Source of the DNA: Cyanobacteria bacterium J06626_4 | GTDB lineage: Bacteria; Cyanobacteriota; Cyanobacteriia; Phormidesmidales; Phormidesmidaceae | Length of the DNA stretch: 26,790 nt | Reading direction: 5' to 3' | Assembly (NCBI GenBank): GCA_038523235.1 | Contig: JBCBJQ010000082.1 | Coordinates: 1-26,790, forward strand | In this document: one piece after another, positions 17,615 through 26,729 of the stretch | Layout of the letters: every line of letters starts with the position of its first letter | Numbering within the stretch: position 1 is the first letter of the stretch | Position numbers and translations under genes: made by a program | The notes under the pieces: generated by a model | What the model saw: only the letters and a program-made list of their open reading frames with translations | What the model was told of the DNA's origin: nothing | Database searches by the model: none

Positions 17615-18424
17615 TCAGCGGATGGCTTCCAGTGCTGTCAACGCCTCGCGGGCTGACTGCCAGCGCCGATCAATACTCGGGGAAACAAGTTGCTTGAGCC
17701 ATTGGGCAAAGTCGGGCGTCATCTCAGCATGGTCTTGAAACTGGATACGCATACTTTTGCTTTGTAGCTTGGTGGGTGAGAGACCCGTGAGACATTCGGC
17801 CAGCGTGGCTCCTAGGCTATACAAATCAGAAACCGCGAGCACCCGTCCGGCGGCTTGCTCGGGGGGTAAATATCCGTCGGTGCCCACCATGGTGATGGCG
17901 GTGTTGCCACTGTTGAGCGCTTTGACAGTGCCAAAATCGACCAGAAAAATCTTAGCTGACTCGACGGGTAACCCCGGCTGCAGCAAAATGTTGCTGGGGC
18001 GCAGGTCGCGATGAATGATGATCGGCTCTTGATTGTGCAAGCTCTCTAAGATGCTGAGGGCCGAGTGGGCGATCGCCACCGTTTCGGCTTGGCTAAAAAT
18101 TTTGGACTCCGCGAGGCAGGTTTCCAGCGAGACCCCTTCAATGTAGGTTTGCACCAACACCATGGCCTGATCGTGGGTGGGCAGTGCCATCTCAAAATAG
18201 CCGCGATAGTGAGGCGTCGCCTCATGGTTCATCAGTTTGAGGGCTTCGGCTTCCCGCTTAAATAATTTGAGATCGGTCGCGTTGAGGCTGTCATCCAAAA
18301 ACAGCACCTTTAAGATCACGCGATCTTCTGTTTGCAAATCTCGGGCCTGCAGGGTCCAGCGTCCAGACTTTTTGCCGAGCTGATGCTCGACCTCATAACG
18401 TTCACCTAAAATCTGGCCACCCAT
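17615..18424 (-). CDS. Hanks-type Ser/Thr protein kinase, catalytic domain only
   Basis: LGKKSGRWT, VILK, FKREAEAL, HRDLRPSN, DFG, GTDGYLPPEQ, SDLYSLGATL. Confidence 0.92.
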   Translation of the reverse strand: MGGQILGERYEVEHQLGKKSGRWTLQARDLQTEDRVILKVLFLDDSLNATDLKLFKREAEALKLMNHEATPHYRGYFEMALPTHDQAMVLVQTYIEGVSLETCLAESKIFSQAETVAIAHSALSILESLHNQEPIIIHRDLRPSNILLQPGLPVESAKIFLVDFGTVKALNSGNTAITMVGTDGYLPPEQAAGRVLAVSDLYSLGATLAECLTGLSPTKLQSKSMRIQFQDHAEMTPDFAQWLKQLVSPSIDRRWQSAREALTALEAIR

Positions 18425-18849
18425 ATCGTCTCAGCCCCGTTTAGCAAAACTCACTGCTCGATCAAACTAAAAGTCCTGTAGCTTATCGGCGTAATTTGGT
18501 TTTAACACAGGCACTTAAACAAACAGCAGGTGATCTAGTCAAGGGTGAGTGTTAATCTGACGGCTTCAGGCGGCATTGCCCCGTCTTGATGGCCGGTATT
18601 TCACGACGGTGAGGTCCCCATTTAACAAGCCTGAGCTGCGTCAAGTGAAGCAGCGACTACCTTCGAGCCAAATCGCTTTGTCTTACAATGGCTCTGAAGT
18701 TTTCGTCGATGTCATTTCACTGGGCGCGCGGACAATTATCCTGGGCGCTGCCAGGGCTCGGCCCGGCATTTTAGGTAAACTTCTAGGCTCGATTGTGCTG
18801 TATGCCGAACTTTCAATCTCCCGTCAAACGCAATTACAGGTGACTCCTG

Positions 18850-20232
18850 ATGGCCATCCCTGCCCTATTTCGGAAGGCACAACAGTGGTTCTTTAAAACG
18901 CCCGAACGCTCTCTCGATCAGGCTTACGAAGCGGCCAAAATGATTGAGGCGATCGAAAACGAGCATTTTGATGGCAATCCCATCGCCGCTGGCTACGGCA
19001 ACTATGGCAAGAGCGCGATGACCTATTTCAAAGGTGAACTGCAGAAGTATCTCAATCTGATCAACGTGAGAATGATTGAGTTTCGCGCTAGCAGCGCCCT
19101 TGTGCGGGTGTCAGATCCGAAAATTATGGAAGTGCAGGTAAGCGATCGCGTTGAGCAGCGATACACCCTCAACGTGATCGACAAGCCTTCGATCTTTTTT
19201 CGCAAGCTCCAGTTTGTCGATGAAGTGCGCAGTCGCTATCGTCGCCCGGAGCCCGAGCCGCCCGCGACCGTAGTGATGGTCAAAGAGTCTGCCACCACTC
19301 AGCCGCGAGCAACGCAGCCAGCCCCATTAATGAACGGCCAGACGGTGAACGGAGCCGCGTCAGGCGCGATCTCACCGTTAGCTGCTGCAGCGGTCTCGGC
19401 AGCGGCCCCTAAAGGCAAAAAATCAGCGGGGTTGTCCGATCGCGCCAGCGTGTTGCCCCGCTCCATTTTGCGCACTGTTGACCGCATCCGCCAAGACTTA
19501 GACCCCAATGCCGAAGAGCAGGTTGTTAATAACTTTCGCTCGTCACGGGGACGGACGACCACCGCCATTAAATTTTTGCTGTTGCTGGTCATCGTGCCGC
19601 TCCTCACCCAGCAGTTTGCCAAAAACTATGTCGTTGGGCCCATCGTTGATTACACCCGCGAGCAGCAAGAAGCCGACGTCTTCCTCAATATGGAAATGGA
19701 GGAAGAAGCCCTGCACGAGCTGCAGCAATATGAAGAACGCCTGCGTTTTGAGGTTTTGATTGGCAAGGTCGCGCCGATTCGAGAGGCCGAAATTGAGGAG
19801 CGCGTGGTCGAAAAAGCCACCGAAATTGAGGAAGCCTATCGCCAGCGTAGTGCGGACTCCGTCAAAAACGTTTTTGCTGACATGTTGGCGGTGGGAGCCT
19901 TTATCCTGCTGCTGGTCAATCAGAAGCAGGGCATTCTCACCCTCAAAGGATTTTTAGATGAAATCGTCTATGGCCTGAGCGACAGTGCCAAGGCGTTCAT
20001 CATCATCCTGTTTACCGATATGTTCGTCGGGTTTCACTCACCCCACGGTTGGGAGGTGCTGATGGAAGGGCTCTCACGTCACTTGGGCTTTGCCGCCAAT
20101 CGCGAGTTCATCTTTCTCTTTATTGCGACCTTTCCAGTAATTCTCGACACGGTCTTTAAATATTGGATTTTTCGCTACCTCAACCGCATCTCGCCCTCTT
20201 CGGTGGCGACCTATAAAAACATGAACGAATAG
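18850..20232 (+). CDS. pxcA: proton extrusion protein PxcA (CemA/CotA family)
   Basis: TPERSLDQAYEAA..IE.EHF, LPRSILRT, YGLSDSAKAFIIILFTDMFVGFHSPHGWE, FPVILDTVFKYWIFRYLNRISPSSVATY. Confidence 0.96.
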   Translation: MAIPALFRKAQQWFFKTPERSLDQAYEAAKMIEAIENEHFDGNPIAAGYGNYGKSAMTYFKGELQKYLNLINVRMIEFRASSALVRVSDPKIMEVQVSDRVEQRYTLNVIDKPSIFFRKLQFVDEVRSRYRRPEPEPPATVVMVKESATTQPRATQPAPLMNGQTVNGAASGAISPLAAAAVSAAAPKGKKSAGLSDRASVLPRSILRTVDRIRQDLDPNAEEQVVNNFRSSRGRTTTAIKFLLLLVIVPLLTQQFAKNYVVGPIVDYTREQQEADVFLNMEMEEEALHELQQYEERLRFEVLIGKVAPIREAEIEERVVEKATEIEEAYRQRSADSVKNVFADMLAVGAFILLLVNQKQGILTLKGFLDEIVYGLSDSAKAFIIILFTDMFVGFHSPHGWEVLMEGLSRHLGFAANREFIFLFIATFPVILDTVFKYWIFRYLNRISPSSVATYKNMNE

Positions 20233-20416
20233 CGCGATCGCCACAGACTGGGGCAACGTCGAAACTCGCCTTTGCTGAACAGAGCCCCTGATAATCCAGC
20301 TCGCATCTTTGCCGCTGAATTGTCATGCCAGTTCTACAAATTACAGCGGCACAGACAAGTCAGCTTTCTCCCAGTCAGAGACACTGCGTGTTGGCCTGAC
20401 TTGCCCGTCGGGCTGA

Positions 20417-20454
20417 CGACTCCGCTCAGCCGACGTTCCTTGAGCGGAGTCGAA
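20417..20454. repeat. REP-like palindromic element between convergent genes
   Basis: CGACTCCGCTCA (20417-20428) / TGAGCGGAGTCG (20441-20452), perfect 12-bp arms. Confidence 0.75.
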
Positions 20455-20509
20455 AGGAAGCTCTGTAGTCCAGTTTCAGAGAATGGGTATTAGCCAGTAC
20501 CAACAGGGT

Positions 20510-21406
20510 TTAGCCACACGCCTCGAGCTTGGCCATCAGCAGCACCAGTTCATCGATCGCGTCTAACATCACCCGCCCCGATTGGCCAGACTGGTTGACT
20601 AAAACGCTAAAGATCACGGTGCCGTAATCATCGGTTTCTAAATAGCCTGACAGCGCCCTAACGCCGCGCAGGGTCCCCGTTTTGGCATGCAGCTTGCCCT
20701 GGGCCGCAGTCCCTTTGAAGCGGTTACGTAGCGTGCCGTTGACCCCACCCACGGGTAAAGAACTATAGAACAGACCACTGCTGTCAGCTTCATGCATCCC
20801 TTTGAGCAGACTCACCAAGGTCGCCGGTTGGGCCCGATTAGCCCGAGACAAGCCCGAGCCGTCAGCCTGCACATAGCTATCAGGACTGACGCCCAGCGGC
20901 TCTAGAGCCGCCTGCACCTGATATTGCCCCCCGATGCGGCGCAACAGGTCATCGGCGCGCGCGTTATTGCTGTTGCGGTTGACCAGATTGAGGTCGTCTG
21001 TCATCTCCCACAGCGCGTCAGGAGCCCGCTCCAGCAGGATACGAATCGTCGCTGCCGTCGTAAATAGCTTGGTATTAGACGCGGGAATCAGCATCGTGTT
21101 GGCGTTACGGCTGTAGAGCGTGCGGCCATCATTAAGGGGATACACGACAATGCCCCAGTTAGCCGTATTGAACTGGGGACGACCAACCACCGCATCAATC
21201 GCGCGGGGCAGATCCTCAGCACAAAATTGCGCCTCGCCAAACTGTTGCGGTACCTGACTGATTTCAGCGTTCACCGTCGCGGGTGAGTCGGTCGTGATCG
21301 TGGCGCGGGCGATGGCTGGAGTCCACAGGGCGGTGAGCAGAGCCACTCCGGCGATCGCTAAGCGCTTGGGCAGTTGACGCCGTTGTCTCGAACGCACAGT
21401 ACGCAT
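20510..21406 (-). CDS. dacB: D-Ala-D-Ala carboxypeptidase/endopeptidase (peptidase S13), compact form
   Basis: PASNTKLFT (SxxK), NSNN (SxN), DGSGLSR, AKTGTL, ALSGY. N-terminal signal peptide, and GGGGAGA RBS before ATG 21406. Confidence 0.9.
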   Translation of the reverse strand: MRTVRSRQRRQLPKRLAIAGVALLTALWTPAIARATITTDSPATVNAEISQVPQQFGEAQFCAEDLPRAIDAVVGRPQFNTANWGIVVYPLNDGRTLYSRNANTMLIPASNTKLFTTAATIRILLERAPDALWEMTDDLNLVNRNSNNARADDLLRRIGGQYQVQAALEPLGVSPDSYVQADGSGLSRANRAQPATLVSLLKGMHEADSSGLFYSSLPVGGVNGTLRNRFKGTAAQGKLHAKTGTLRGVRALSGYLETDDYGTVIFSVLVNQSGQSGRVMLDAIDELVLLMAKLEACG

Positions 21407-21903
21407 ATTAGTTTCTCCCCGTAGACCAGTTGGCGATAAATTCTTCGTCACTATAAATCGCTGCCGTTCTTCTGCCTACCGTGGCACCCAAACGGCTGCA
21501 CGAGATGCTCTCAACACCTCGCGGCCAAGGCAAGCAGGCTGCTAGTCCTAATTCTTTCGGGGCTTTACCGCTTCTTCAGGAGAAAATTGGCCGGATGAGG
21601 CCCCCGGTCATGCCATCCAACTCACATCTCGATTACCCCCGGCAGGTCGATCAGCAGTGGCAAGGAGCCTATTCCCCCAGCACTAGACCCCAATCTCAGC
21701 ATTGGGCGGCCTTTCATTTTTGTGTCACCGGCATCCGCCCTTTATGTCAGAGAGATGGCACGAAAGCCTGGTGAAGCAAGGGTTTCAGAACTCTAACTTA
21801 GACCCATAGACAGACCACAAGAACGCAAACGCCTAACCGGTTTTGTCTTCTCTGCAGTCTGTCGACAGTTCAATAGTTCTCTCAAAACAATCAGGAAACC
21901 ATC

Positions 21904-22881
21904 ATGGCTCAAACATACTTTGGTACCGACGGCAACGACATTCAAGATTGGGATAACGACGGCATCGTTGACATCATGTATGGCTACGCCGGCGATGACA
22001 CTTTAAAGGGTGGAGACGCCGGTGACACGATTTATGGCGGTTTAGATAACGATGCACTCTACGGCGAGTTGGATAATGACTTGCTCTACGGTGAAGCAGG
22101 CGATGACTCTCTCTATGGGGGTGAAGGCGATGACATGCTCAATGGTGGTGATGGCAACGACTCACTCTATGGCGAAGCGGGTGATGATATCCTCGACGGC
22201 TGGAATGGTGATGACTATCTATCGGGGGGTGAGGGCAATGACTCACTCTTCGGCTATACCGGCAATGACATTCTCGACGGTGGCGAGGGTGATGACTCAC
22301 TTTCCGGCGAAGCGGGTGATGATACCCTCGACGGCTGGAATGGCGATGACACCCTGGTTGGGGGTGAGGGCAGCGACGTGCTCTTTGGTTACACCGGCAA
22401 TGACTACCTGGACGGCGGCGAGGGCAACGACGTGCTCCATGGTGAAGCCGGTAACGACACACTGATTGGGGGCATAGGTGATGACCTGATCAATGGCTAC
22501 GGTAGTACCAGCAACGAATATGACGAATTGACCGGCGATGTCTTGCTCGCCACCTCATCGCTCGAACCGTCTGACCCCAATAACGGCACTGACCCCTTGC
22601 TCGAACCGTCTGCCCCCGACAATGGGGCTGATACCTTTGTGCTGGGCGACATCTTGGCAGCCTTCTACCAAGACGCCGGGTATGCCACGATTACCGATTT
22701 TGATTGGACAGAAGGTGACAAAATCCAGGTGCATGGTGATGTGAATGACTATGCGCTAGGCTTCCAAAATTGGTCTGGTGAAGTCGCTGATGACACCTTG
22801 ATTTACTATCAGGATGATCTCATTGGTGTCGTGCAAGACACCACCGACGTCATCATTGCGCAGGACTTCGTGACGGTGTAG
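21904..22881 (+). CDS. RTX / hemolysin-type calcium-binding protein
   Basis: About 20 GGxGxDxLx nonapeptides, then [20 protein letters not shown] tail. No signal peptide; AGGA RBS upstream. Confidence 0.92.
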   Translation: MAQTYFGTDGNDIQDWDNDGIVDIMYGYAGDDTLKGGDAGDTIYGGLDNDALYGELDNDLLYGEAGDDSLYGGEGDDMLNGGDGNDSLYGEAGDDILDGWNGDDYLSGGEGNDSLFGYTGNDILDGGEGDDSLSGEAGDDTLDGWNGDDTLVGGEGSDVLFGYTGNDYLDGGEGNDVLHGEAGNDTLIGGIGDDLINGYGSTSNEYDELTGDVLLATSSLEPSDPNNGTDPLLEPSAPDNGADTFVLGDILAAFYQDAGYATITDFDWTEGDKIQVHGDVNDYALGFQNWSGEVADDTLIYYQDDLIGVVQDTTDVIIAQDFVTV

Positions 22882-22927
22882 CGCGGTGTGATCGGGCAGC
22901 GATCGCCTTGGTGAGGAGTGAGCTCAG

Positions 22928-22957
22928 GCAGTGGTTAGTCATCTGATTAACCACTGC
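22928..22957 (+). terminator. stem-loop downstream of RTX gene (possible terminator or stabiliser)
   Basis: GCAGTGGTTAGTCA-tc-TGATTAACCACTGC, without a clear U tract. Confidence 0.45.
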
Positions 22958-23150
22958 TCCCTGGGCTTAAACGCACTTTGCCAAACCATCAGTTCGATGC
23001 GTTTAGGCGACTGTGGGACTGCCCATCAACCCGTCTGTTCATGCCCGGTTGGGAAATTTTGCAGCAGCCGCTGGGGGCCAGTCGGAGCAACGCTCACCAT
23101 CGCCACAAATCTGGGACAATGCTGGCGATACTCGGTTGTGATAAAACACT

Positions 23151-24044
23151 GTGACAAATCCTGCTCAAGTCATTGGCATCGACCTCGGCGGTACCGCAAT
23201 CAAACTAGGCCGCTATGCCGAAACGGGTCTCTGTTTAGAGACGCTTACTGTTGCCACCCCCCAACCGGCTACGCCTCAGGCAGTCTCAGCAGCGATGGTC
23301 ACTGCCATTGATCAGCTCGATCCTGATCGACAGGTGCGGGCGATTGGTATTGGCACCCCTGGCCCCGCCGATGCTGCGGGCCGCATCGCTCGCGTCGCCA
23401 TTAATTTAGCAGGCTGGCAAGAGGTGCCCCTTGCCGAATGGATCGAAACCCAAACGGGGTTGCCAGTGGTCTTGGCCAACGATGCTAACTGTGCTGGCTT
23501 AGGCGAAGCTTGGTTGGGTTCAGGTTGTGACTTCTCTAACTTAATTGTGTTGACGCTGGGTACCGGCGTGGGGGGAGCCATCATTCTGGATGGCGAACTG
23601 TTTGTCGGCCACATGGGGACAGCGGGTGAGTTGGGCTTAATTACCCTCAATCCGCAGGGGCCACCTTGCAACAGTGGGAATCAAGGCTCTTTAGAGCAGC
23701 ATTGCTCAGTGCAAGCGATCCGGCGTGAAATGGACTGCGAGCCGGGTAAACTGGCAGCCCAGGCTCTGGCAGGCGATGCGACCGCGATCGCCTACTGGCA
23801 GCAATACGGTCGCTATTTAGGGGCCGGATTGGCCAGCTTGATTTATGTCCTAACTCCAGAGGCGATTATTCTGGGCGGGGGCATCAGTGCGGGGGCCGAT
23901 CTCTTTTTACCAATCGTCTGGCAAGAGATTGAACAGCGCGTACTCCCCAGCTCCCGTGAGGGGCTGCAGCTACTGATCGCGAAGCTGGGTAACCAGGCGG
24001 GGGTAGCGGGTGCGGCGCGGTTGGCATTGCAAAAGTTTTGTTAA
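23151..24044 (+). CDS. ROK family sugar kinase
   Basis: IGIDLGGT, GIGTPGP, LANDANCAGLGEAWLG, LTLGTGVGG, AGELG, PCNSGNQGSLEQ, LGNQAGVAGAA. Confidence 0.93.
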   Translation: MTNPAQVIGIDLGGTAIKLGRYAETGLCLETLTVATPQPATPQAVSAAMVTAIDQLDPDRQVRAIGIGTPGPADAAGRIARVAINLAGWQEVPLAEWIETQTGLPVVLANDANCAGLGEAWLGSGCDFSNLIVLTLGTGVGGAIILDGELFVGHMGTAGELGLITLNPQGPPCNSGNQGSLEQHCSVQAIRREMDCEPGKLAAQALAGDATAIAYWQQYGRYLGAGLASLIYVLTPEAIILGGGISAGADLFLPIVWQEIEQRVLPSSREGLQLLIAKLGNQAGVAGAARLALQKFC

Positions 24045-24280
24045 TCCGCCTGATAGCAGCATCGCCCCATCAATGACTGTCTCTGACCTCACCGGTTAGC
24101 CCGCATTGAAGGGCGATCGCCCCAGCGAGTACACTACAGACATTTGGCTGAATACCGCTCGTACGGTCAGTTTGCCACTGACCAGGCACCGGCGACCCTG
24201 GAACGTGAGGCTATCAAAATTCCAGAAATTATGGGTATACAAGCTGTAGTTACGTCCTAAGTGGACACCCAATTATTGCA

Positions 24281-25849
24281 ATGACCAAAACCAACTATCC
24301 GGCCCTGTTGGGCACCCTAGCAATCACCGCGGGGCTCTTGGGCGGTGGCGCTTGGTATATCAACAAAACCGCCCCCAACCTCTTAGGTCGAGGGGGCACT
24401 TCTAGCCAGCAGACTGGCGTCACGCCTCGCAATGCGACCCAGATTACCCTGCTAGGGGACACGTTCAGCGGCTACAGCACCTTTCGCAACGAAGCCTTTC
24501 AGACGGTGTTGGCCGATACGGGCTTGACCCTCACCTATGGCGACGAATTTGATCAAACGGCCCGCGCTGAAGCATTGAACCAAGGCAACGCCGATATCAT
24601 CGTCACGACGCTAGACCAATACGTGCAGCAGCAGCCCCAGGGCAAGATAGTCGGCCTGATCGATCGCACAATAGGGGCCGATGCCGTCGTGTTGAACACG
24701 CTGAAGTACCCAGAGCTGACTTCTTTATTAGAGTTGGAGCCGCTCCTGCAGCAGGCGCAAAATCAGGGACAGCCTCTCAAAATTGCCTTTGCCGGCGATA
24801 CCCCTAGCGAATATCTGGCCCTTGTACTTGACACCAAGTTTGATGCGTTTAATCTGACTGATTTTGAACTTGTGCGCGTGGCCGATGCGTCAGAAGCGTG
24901 GTCACTCATGCAAGACCCTCAAGAAAATGTCGCGATCGCCGTGCTGTGGGAACCGTTTGTCACTCAGGCACGCCAGCAGGCGTATACCGTCGTCCTGTCG
25001 AGCAACGACGCTCCCAACTCAATTGTGGATGTGATTGTCGCCTCTGATCAGCTAGTGCAATCGAGCCCTGAAGTGATTGACACCTTTCTCAAAAACTACT
25101 ATCGCCGCATTGATGCCAATGTGCGCGACGCTTCACAGTTACAGGCCCAAATCGCTGAAGATGGGGCGCTCTCCCCAGCTGATGCCGGCGCAGTTTTACA
25201 GGGCATTGATTTCTTTACCGCCGCCGAAGCCCAAGCTTGGATGACCGATGGCACGCTGCAGCGCCGAATTGAGGCGATCGCAGCAGTGCTCGTGTTGTCA
25301 GGCCGCATCAACGATCTGCCCAGCAGTCCAGAAACGCTGTTCACCGAGGCGCATTTGCAAGAAGCCGCGCAAAATACCCAAACCCTGATCGAACTGGTCC
25401 GTAGCGATAACCCTGACCTGGCCGAACGCCTAGCGGGCAGCACTGAGCAAACCTTGGTGGTGCCGCAGGTAACCGCTGCCGAAGTTCAAGCAGCGCCGGA
25501 TATCGGCAACCTCAACGTGCAGGGGCAGGTCGAGTTTGGCACAGGCTCTGCTCAGTTAACCGCCGCTGGCCAGCAGACGCTGCAGGGGCTGACGCAAGAA
25601 ATTCAAGAGTTCAACCCAGAAACAGTGGCCGTGCGGGTGATTGGCCATACCTCTAGAACGGGCTCAGCAGACTTAAACCAGCAGCTGAGCCAAGAGCGGG
25701 CTCAAGTCGTGGTGGATTATCTGCGGAGTCAGGGCTTGCAGCACAACATCGTGGCTGAGGGTAAGGGCTTCAATTTACCGCTGTCGGGCGTTGACCCTGC
25801 GGATCCACAGCAGCAGCGCACTGAAATTCGGCTAGTTAGAGTCAACTAG
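24281..25849 (+). CDS. membrane-anchored substrate-binding (NMT1/SsuA-like) protein fused to OmpA-like peptidoglycan-binding domain
   Basis: N-terminal TM, SBP motifs GDTFSGY, IDRTIGADAVV, VLWEPFVT and IVDVIV, and a C-terminal F.TGSA.L..VIGHT..G..DLNQQLSQERAQVV..YL..G.G..RTEI. Confidence 0.85.
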   Translation: MTKTNYPALLGTLAITAGLLGGGAWYINKTAPNLLGRGGTSSQQTGVTPRNATQITLLGDTFSGYSTFRNEAFQTVLADTGLTLTYGDEFDQTARAEALNQGNADIIVTTLDQYVQQQPQGKIVGLIDRTIGADAVVLNTLKYPELTSLLELEPLLQQAQNQGQPLKIAFAGDTPSEYLALVLDTKFDAFNLTDFELVRVADASEAWSLMQDPQENVAIAVLWEPFVTQARQQAYTVVLSSNDAPNSIVDVIVASDQLVQSSPEVIDTFLKNYYRRIDANVRDASQLQAQIAEDGALSPADAGAVLQGIDFFTAAEAQAWMTDGTLQRRIEAIAAVLVLSGRINDLPSSPETLFTEAHLQEAAQNTQTLIELVRSDNPDLAERLAGSTEQTLVVPQVTAAEVQAAPDIGNLNVQGQVEFGTGSAQLTAAGQQTLQGLTQEIQEFNPETVAVRVIGHTSRTGSADLNQQLSQERAQVVVDYLRSQGLQHNIVAEGKGFNLPLSGVDPADPQQQRTEIRLVRVN

Positions 25850-25959
25850 CGACAAACCAGCGGCCTTTCAATGCCATCTGTCGCCAAAAACACCTGAGCA
25901 GGAGACCGTTCAGCAGGCACCAGTTGTCGTGGTGGGGTTGAGTAGTGGCTCCCAAAACC

Positions 25960-25994
25960 AAGCGCCTTGACGGTCATGACCGCCAGGGCGCTTT
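25960..25994. terminator. probable terminator between convergent genes
   Basis: AAGCGCCTTGACGGTCA/TGACCGCCAGGGCGCTTT. Confidence 0.6.
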
Positions 25995-26009
25995 GTGAAT
26001 GCCGATAGT

Positions 26010-26321
26010 TTACGACGCGATCGCACTAACCGACATTGGCTCAACGACAAGAATGTTGGCTCGTCGCCCTAAGACCCGCACCTCTGTGCCTAACGGAATC
26101 GTCAGGGCGCGATCGCAATAGGCTCGCCAACGCACACCCTGAAACTTTACCCGGCCCAGCTGACCCGGCTCGATGTCAGTCTTAACGACTGCCAGCGCCT
26201 CGTCGTCCGAGTGCCAAGCAATAGAATCATCGCCAAAAAGGTCATCCGTCAAGGGATAAGTAGTCTCGAGGAAATTCGCTTCCCCCACTTCAGGACTGAA
26301 AAATGTATTCAATAAACTCAT
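26010..26321 (-). CDS. short NfeD-family (OB-fold) protein
   Basis: AVVKTDIEPGQLGRVKFQGVRWRA..IPLGTEVRVLGRRANILVVEP. ATG 26321 with GGGAGA upstream. Confidence 0.85.
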   Translation of the reverse strand: MSLLNTFFSPEVGEANFLETTYPLTDDLFGDDSIAWHSDDEALAVVKTDIEPGQLGRVKFQGVRWRAYCDRALTIPLGTEVRVLGRRANILVVEPMSVSAIAS

Positions 26322-26506
26322 GACGATCTCCCTTCGCGAGAACCACCCTAAGCCTAGTAATTCCACTCAAACAGCAGCAATGCGTTTTGATTCTGATTTG
26401 GTAGAGAAAACATCAGTCCGCGCTATAGCAAACATAAGCAGTCGATCTCTCCAAAGCGATCGACTGCGAAAACGGTTCCACCCATCGTCGTGGGTCATAG
26501 TGCACT

Positions 26507-26674
26507 TCAGCTCCAATCATCAGCTGTCCGCATTGCCGACGTGGTACTTCCCCCCAGCGGCGGCGCGCCTCCCTGAGGCTGATAACTCGCTAATTCGGAG
26601 GCAGGGGCCACCAAGCCCAAGCCAACCAAAAGCATCAGAATCCCTAAACAGTTTGTGACCGAAATAAAAGGCAT
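26507..26674 (-). CDS. putative small exported peptide (55 aa)
   Basis: Hydrophobic leader LGILMLLVGLGLVAPA followed by a Gly/Pro-rich tail. GGAAGAGG lies 8 nt before the ATG and TATAAT about 30 nt upstream. Confidence 0.4.
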   Translation of the reverse strand: MPFISVTNCLGILMLLVGLGLVAPASELASYQPQGGAPPLGGSTTSAMRTADDWS

Positions 26675-26679
26675 AGAAT

Positions 26680-26729
26680 TAGCCTCTTCCGAAAGATAGT
26701 ACAATTATACTAAATTTCGGAAGAGGCTA
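26680..26729. promoter_or_regulatory. 15-bp inverted repeat enclosing a LexA-box-like palindrome and opposed -10 hexamers
   Basis: TAGCCTCTTCCGAAA / TTTCGGAAGAGGCTA with core TAGTACAATTATACTA (26697-26712). Confidence 0.6.

Noticed and set aside
18576..18896. 106-aa ORF overlapping the pxcA start
   Set aside because: TTG start, overlaps pxcA and its promoter region, and has no motif.
22052..22465. Repetitive alternative-frame ORFs (Met/Thr-rich and His/Arg-rich)
   Set aside because: They are frame shadows of the RTX repeats.
26320..26658. 112-aa plus-strand ORF
   Set aside because: No RBS or motif. It is antisense to the better-supported small ORF and to the nfeD leader.
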